From an uncultured bacterium (GTDB lineage: Bacteria > Verrucomicrobiota > Verrucomicrobiia > Limisphaerales > UBA8199), in NCBI GenBank assembly GCA_963749495.1, contig CAVVMW010000015.1, forward strand, positions 320,001 through 384,000: a stretch of 64,000 nt of DNA, given 5' to 3'. A model generated the notes under the pieces. It made no database searches, had not been told where the DNA came from, and saw only the letters and a list, made by a program, of their open reading frames with translations. Shown piece by piece: positions 59,728 to 64,000 of this stretch; within the stretch, counting starts at the first letter, position 1, and the number at the start of each line of letters is the position of its first letter. Both the position numbers and the translations under genes were made by a program.

Positions 59728-60348
59728 TTGTCTGAACACCCCGGGGCCCACCGACCGGGGGCTGTCTTCCTGCCGTCACGGAAGCCCAGCCAGGCGAATC
59801 GGTCTGCTCCTGTCAAGATTCCGGGTGAGGACGCGATTGCCCTTGCTCAGCCTGTCCGAGCCTGGGACGCCTGCCAAGAGCGCATAGGGGTGATACATGC
59901 ACTCAACTTCCTCACAATTGAGGTGAAGCGTGAGCGAAATCCGAAAGGCACGGCGCACGACCTGGAGAAAATCCGAGGATCTTATTTCGGCGAAAAGCTC
60001 AAGTACCGGTTTGGTGCTACCGTGTTGATGAATGAGGAAACCTTCGCCTTCTCAGTGCAACTGCTGGAAAACGTTGCCGGAGACCTAATGCTCAGCTTCG
60101 GCGACGTGAGTGAAGAATATTACCGGCGCCTTTGCCCCGCCACGCGCGCGCTCCACGTCGAACTAGCACGCTTGGTTGACAACATTGTCGCAGCGGAGAA
60201 AGCTGGACAGCAAACAAGCGCCCTGAAACTCGACTTGGACCGAGCAGTATTGAGGCTTTACGCCGTCTCGGAGACGCGACAAGCATGGCAGGAGTGGAAA
60301 CTCTATGAAACCACCCGTGTTCCAGGACCGAGGGACGGCTGCGTTTGA
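59728..60348 (+). CDS. Hypothetical protein
   Basis: 206-aa ORF with lower GC, upstream of and overlapping the RelE-like gene. Confidence 0.45.
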   Translation: MSEHPGAHRPGAVFLPSRKPSQANRSAPVKIPGEDAIALAQPVRAWDACQERIGVIHALNFLTIEVKRERNPKGTAHDLEKIRGSYFGEKLKYRFGATVLMNEETFAFSVQLLENVAGDLMLSFGDVSEEYYRRLCPATRALHVELARLVDNIVAAEKAGQQTSALKLDLDRAVLRLYAVSETRQAWQEWKLYETTRVPGPRDGCV

Positions 60349-60796
60349 AGACGAAGTGATTTCGTACGAGAGCGAGGCGATGGTGCGGAAGGAGTTGAAG
60401 GGCTCGTGGGGGCCGAGGGTGTTATATGCACCGCTGCTCCAGCGTGAGGATGAGCGTTATAGCGATGGCTCCGCGCCGGCCTTCTTTTCCCCACCCACTG
60501 AACTCAAAAAAGAATCCGAGCCTCCCGAAAGATGGCGTTTCGGCCTCGGCAAATCCTTCCGCAAGGCAGTCAATGCGATTGACCGAAAGCTTCAGGGACG
60601 GATCTTGGAGGCCATCACTGACATCGCCGCTGCGCCTCTTACGAACCGAGGCGATACGGTCAAGCCGTTGAGCGGCGAGATGAATGGGTACTGGCGCTAT
60701 CGCATTGGGGACTTCCGACTTGTGTACTATCCCGATGAGGCTACGCGCACGATAACGCTTTGTGATTGTGCCTCTCGCCGTAGTGCCTACGACTGA
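60305..60796 (+). CDS. RelE/ParE-family toxin domain with acidic N-terminal extension
   Basis: FRKAVNAIDRKLQGRILEAI...VKPLSGEMNGYWRYRIGDFRLVY...SRRSAYD. Confidence 0.85.
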   Translation: MKPPVFQDRGTAAFEDEVISYESEAMVRKELKGSWGPRVLYAPLLQREDERYSDGSAPAFFSPPTELKKESEPPERWRFGLGKSFRKAVNAIDRKLQGRILEAITDIAAAPLTNRGDTVKPLSGEMNGYWRYRIGDFRLVYYPDEATRTITLCDCASRRSAYD

Positions 60797-60818
60797 CAAT
60801 ACAAAGACGATTCAGCCT

Positions 60819-61265
60819 ATGAAATTCACGATTGAGCGGCGGGTGTTGGTCAAAATGGTGGAGCAAGTGCGTGCGAAGCTTTCCGGGCGGCAACAGGATC
60901 AGGACGTGGAACTCATGGCCTGCGCTGCCCGCGTCTTCGTGACCGCGGGCTCCACGGTCGCTGGATATGAGGCGCTCGTGTTTCAGGATGGCAAATGCTC
61001 GGTCCCCGGTAGGCATTTCGCTTTGATCCTCAAGTCATTCAGCCCAAAGAAAAACCTGACGATAGAGGTTGACGAGAAGCTCCTCCGTATTGGCTCGTAC
61101 TCCATGTCCGTGCGGGCTTACTCTCCTGTCGCTCGCCCGCCTGCCGAATTCAAGGTGTTTCCTGTCACCGACCTCGATGTCGTTGGCCCTCAGCAGCAGC
61201 CAACCGGGCCGCCATCGCCACGCGTGGAACCTACACCGCCGGGGGCACCAAGACTCCGCCGATAG
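60819..61265 (+). CDS. Hypothetical protein resembling a single DNA-clamp (DnaN N-terminal) domain
   Basis: MKFTIERRVLVKMVEQV...ALVFQDGKCSVP...LTIEVDEKLLRI. Confidence 0.45.
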   Translation: MKFTIERRVLVKMVEQVRAKLSGRQQDQDVELMACAARVFVTAGSTVAGYEALVFQDGKCSVPGRHFALILKSFSPKKNLTIEVDEKLLRIGSYSMSVRAYSPVARPPAEFKVFPVTDLDVVGPQQQPTGPPSPRVEPTPPGAPRLRR

Positions 61266-61539
61266 AGACTCGCGACCACAGCGGTCAGGAAGGCCATACC
61301 CCTTTCCATGCGGGCAGCCGTGCGCGGATTGATTGGCGAGGAGACGGAGTCGCTGGCATGGTTTTGACAGGGGCTGGCCGTCGGCGACTTTGTCGTGTTT
61401 TTACCACCTGGCGCAAATACAGCCGTCCATTCCGATGAAAGCCGGGACTTTTGCGGGTCAAATTCGCAGTTCGGCACACGGCAAGGCTCTTGCTCTAGTC
61501 GCCGCGAGGAGTCCCTGGCTTGGCCGGGGCATTCGCGCA

Positions 61540-62463
61540 ATGAAAACAGGTTATCTGATCGATATGGACGGCGTCATTTGCCGGGAGAACCAACTCATCC
61601 CCGGAGCCAGGGATTTTGTGGAAGCCCTAATATCCTGCGGCACGCCGTTCATTTTCCTCACCAATAACTCGGCACCCACACCGGAGGACCTTGCAGTGCG
61701 CCTGGGGCACTTGGGTATTCCAGGGCTTTCCCCGCGACACTTTTACACCTCCGCGCTCAACACCGCCGATTTTCTGAGCGAAACCCACCCCTCCTGTACC
61801 GTGTTTGTGATCGGCGAAGGGGGCCTGTTGGCCGCGTTGCACGAGCGCAAGATCGCCAGCGATGCCCTGCACCCCAGCTACGTTGTGGTGGGCGAGGGCG
61901 ATGCCTCTTTGGAGAAGCTGGCCAAGGCGCACAGTTGCATCGAACACGGCGCCCGGTTGCTCGCTACCAACCCTGACAACTGGTGCCCGGTTTCCGCCGA
62001 CGGCACGCGTCCGGGCGCCGGAGCCACGGCGGCTTTCCTGGAGTCCAGTTCCGGACGCCGCGCTTACTACCTGGGCAAACCCAATGGCTATATGTTCCAC
62101 CGCGCCTGTCGCAAGCTCTCCGATATGGCGGCCGGTGCCCAACCCGAGCAGATCGTCGTCATTGGCGACACGATGGAAACGGACATCCGTGGAGCCGTCG
62201 AAGCAGGCTTGCAGCCCTACCTGGTTTTGAGCGGTTCCACGCGCGTCGAGGATGTCGCCGAGTATGTCTATCAGCCGACGCGCGTGCTTCGAAGCGTGGC
62301 CGACTTGATCGAGGAACTGAAATGCGGCAAGCCCTCGAGCCGCCTGGACAGCCCCGTCTATTCGCACGCGCTTTCGGCCGGTGTGCCGCTTGGCAAGCGG
62401 CACCAAACGGACGCCGAACACATCAACAAGCCGCGCCCACGCGCGCCGATGGCAGGGCGCTGA
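61540..62463 (+). CDS. HAD-IIA family hydrolase (NagD-like)
   Basis: YLIDMDGVI, FLTNNS, ATNPD, LGKPN, IGDTMETDIRG. Confidence 0.92.
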   Translation: MKTGYLIDMDGVICRENQLIPGARDFVEALISCGTPFIFLTNNSAPTPEDLAVRLGHLGIPGLSPRHFYTSALNTADFLSETHPSCTVFVIGEGGLLAALHERKIASDALHPSYVVVGEGDASLEKLAKAHSCIEHGARLLATNPDNWCPVSADGTRPGAGATAAFLESSSGRRAYYLGKPNGYMFHRACRKLSDMAAGAQPEQIVVIGDTMETDIRGAVEAGLQPYLVLSGSTRVEDVAEYVYQPTRVLRSVADLIEELKCGKPSSRLDSPVYSHALSAGVPLGKRHQTDAEHINKPRPRAPMAGR

Positions 62464-62471
62464 GGACTGCG

Positions 62472-64000
62472 CTAGGGACTGACCTGGACTCGATAGAACT
62501 TCTGGGCGCCTGCCGGGAGGACGGTGTAGGGCGATACGGGGTTGCCGCTGACTTGGGTGTAGGGTCCGGCCACGTTGGTGGATTCCAATAGCGAGCCTGT
62601 CGGCCAGCTCAAGAGGAGGCTTGTGCCAGAGCGTTGAAGCTGCAGGGTGACCGGCCCGCTGGGAACGGTATTGGGCCCGGCGGTGTAATGGCCGGCAACG
62701 TCGGCGGCCGTGAGCGCGCCGCTCCAGACGCGGAATTCATCCAGGGAGCCTTGGAAGTAGGGGTCATTGTCACTGGGAGCGCCCCAGCCAATCGTTGATG
62801 TCGTTGGCGAAGCTCAAGGGCACGGTCGTCGTCATGGAAGCCGCCAGGACGCCGTTGGTGAAGACGCGGAAGTCATGGAGGCTGAAGTTATAGACGACGG
62901 CCAGATAGGCAGCGGTTCCCTGAGGCAATGGGCTGCCTGTGTCCAGGATTTCATCAGGCCGCCCTTCCGGAGGCCTGATTTCGGCGCGTATTCCGTTGCC
63001 GGACTGCGGGGTCAGAAGGAAGTAGGAGGTGCCTCCACCCTGCAACCCCGGCCCCCCGACGCTGCTGCCGAAATCATAAATGCGCTCCCAGGCGGTGTTC
63101 AGTGGATCGGTCCAGGTGACCCAGACTTCGAACGAGGCGTTGGCCAGGCTGGAGATCAGGCCACTGGGCAAGCTCACGTAGGCGGCGCTGGAGTCGAACG
63201 TGCCGTCGGGATTGGCGGTGCCGCCGGGCAAGGTCAATTGGCCGCCGGAAAGCGTGGCGTTGTCGGCGCCATACAGTGCGCCGTTGGCGCCTCCCACCGA
63301 GTCCGCCAGGTTGGTCGCGCCCTGGGCCTCGCTAAAGCTGTAGCGATGGACCAGTTGCGCGGGCGGCGGCGTATCCACCACCGCGACCGTTTGGACCGCC
63401 TGCGCGCCCAGGAAGCTGGCCGTAAGACTGGCCGAGCCATGCCCAACCGCCTGCAGCGAGTTATCCGTCAGCACGCGAATGACATTGGTATCGCTCGACT
63501 CGAGGGACGCAAGACGGCTGACATCAATATGGGTCTTATTGGCGAAATCGGCCGCGACCGCCGGGACGCTGAAACCGCTGAAATAGAGCGGAGGCACCGT
63601 CAAGGCAATGGACCGCAGAGGGCCCGGGACGGAGGTGTCCCATCCTTCGAGGTAGTTGTTGAGCACATCCGAGGCATTGAGCGCCCCGCTGCCGACCCGC
63701 ACCGCGGCCACATAAGCCGTCAACGGTTGGCCGGTCCCAACCTGGCCCCCGCCACTGTCGGATTGCGCGCCCAGGAGTATCGGGTCCGTTGCAAAGGTGG
63801 CCAGCGCGGCTCCGTTCAGCACCGAGGTGTTGTAGAGAACGCCGTCGCAATAGACACTGTTGTTCCGGTTGCCATCGTAGGCATAGACCAGGTAGTGCCA
63901 AACGCCGCACTTGGGCACTACCGGCCCCCAGCCCATATCGTCAGCCCAGTGGGCCGCCGCCCCCCAGCCAGTATCGGTGGAGTAGCCAAAGTTCTGGTTG
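62472..64000 (-). CDS. Secreted LamG-domain protein (5' end outside the window), frameshift near 62770
   Basis: Two LamG-like domains (WHYLVYAYDG, LVHRYSF...WERIYDFG); shifted frame gives DPYFQGSLDEFRVW...QKFYRVQVSP. Confidence 0.8.

Overview
GC-rich bacterial DNA, probably Verrucomicrobiota (inferred from the TIGR02999-type ECF sigma/Ser-Thr kinase pair, secreted CAZymes, LamG proteins with a C-terminal FYRV-type tail, and the repeat families). Most of the window is secreted glycoside-hydrolase genes, many frameshifted or cut down to fused fragments. A 152-bp direct repeat (11036-11187 / 57900-58051), made of the promoter and 5' half of a CAT-anticodon tRNA (probably Ile2), brackets a ~47-kb island-like segment with an ISL3 element at its left end. 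The main finding is a locus at 36390-41971 that the ORF track misses. It has an AT-rich promoter/operator and a 56-codon leader peptide whose last codons can pair with the 5' arm of a strong intrinsic terminator, a ribosome-coupled attenuator layout. Downstream is an array of 15 intact but atypical tRNAs plus irregular tRNA-like RNAs, one with a UCA anticodon. The array also holds other structured RNAs and a broken RtcB2-type RNA ligase, and is followed by an HNH nuclease and a degenerate HEPN-like gene. A perfect 18-bp inverted repeat 3.1 kb apart closes the whole array. All protein calls are motif recognition by eye; no database searches or folding were run.
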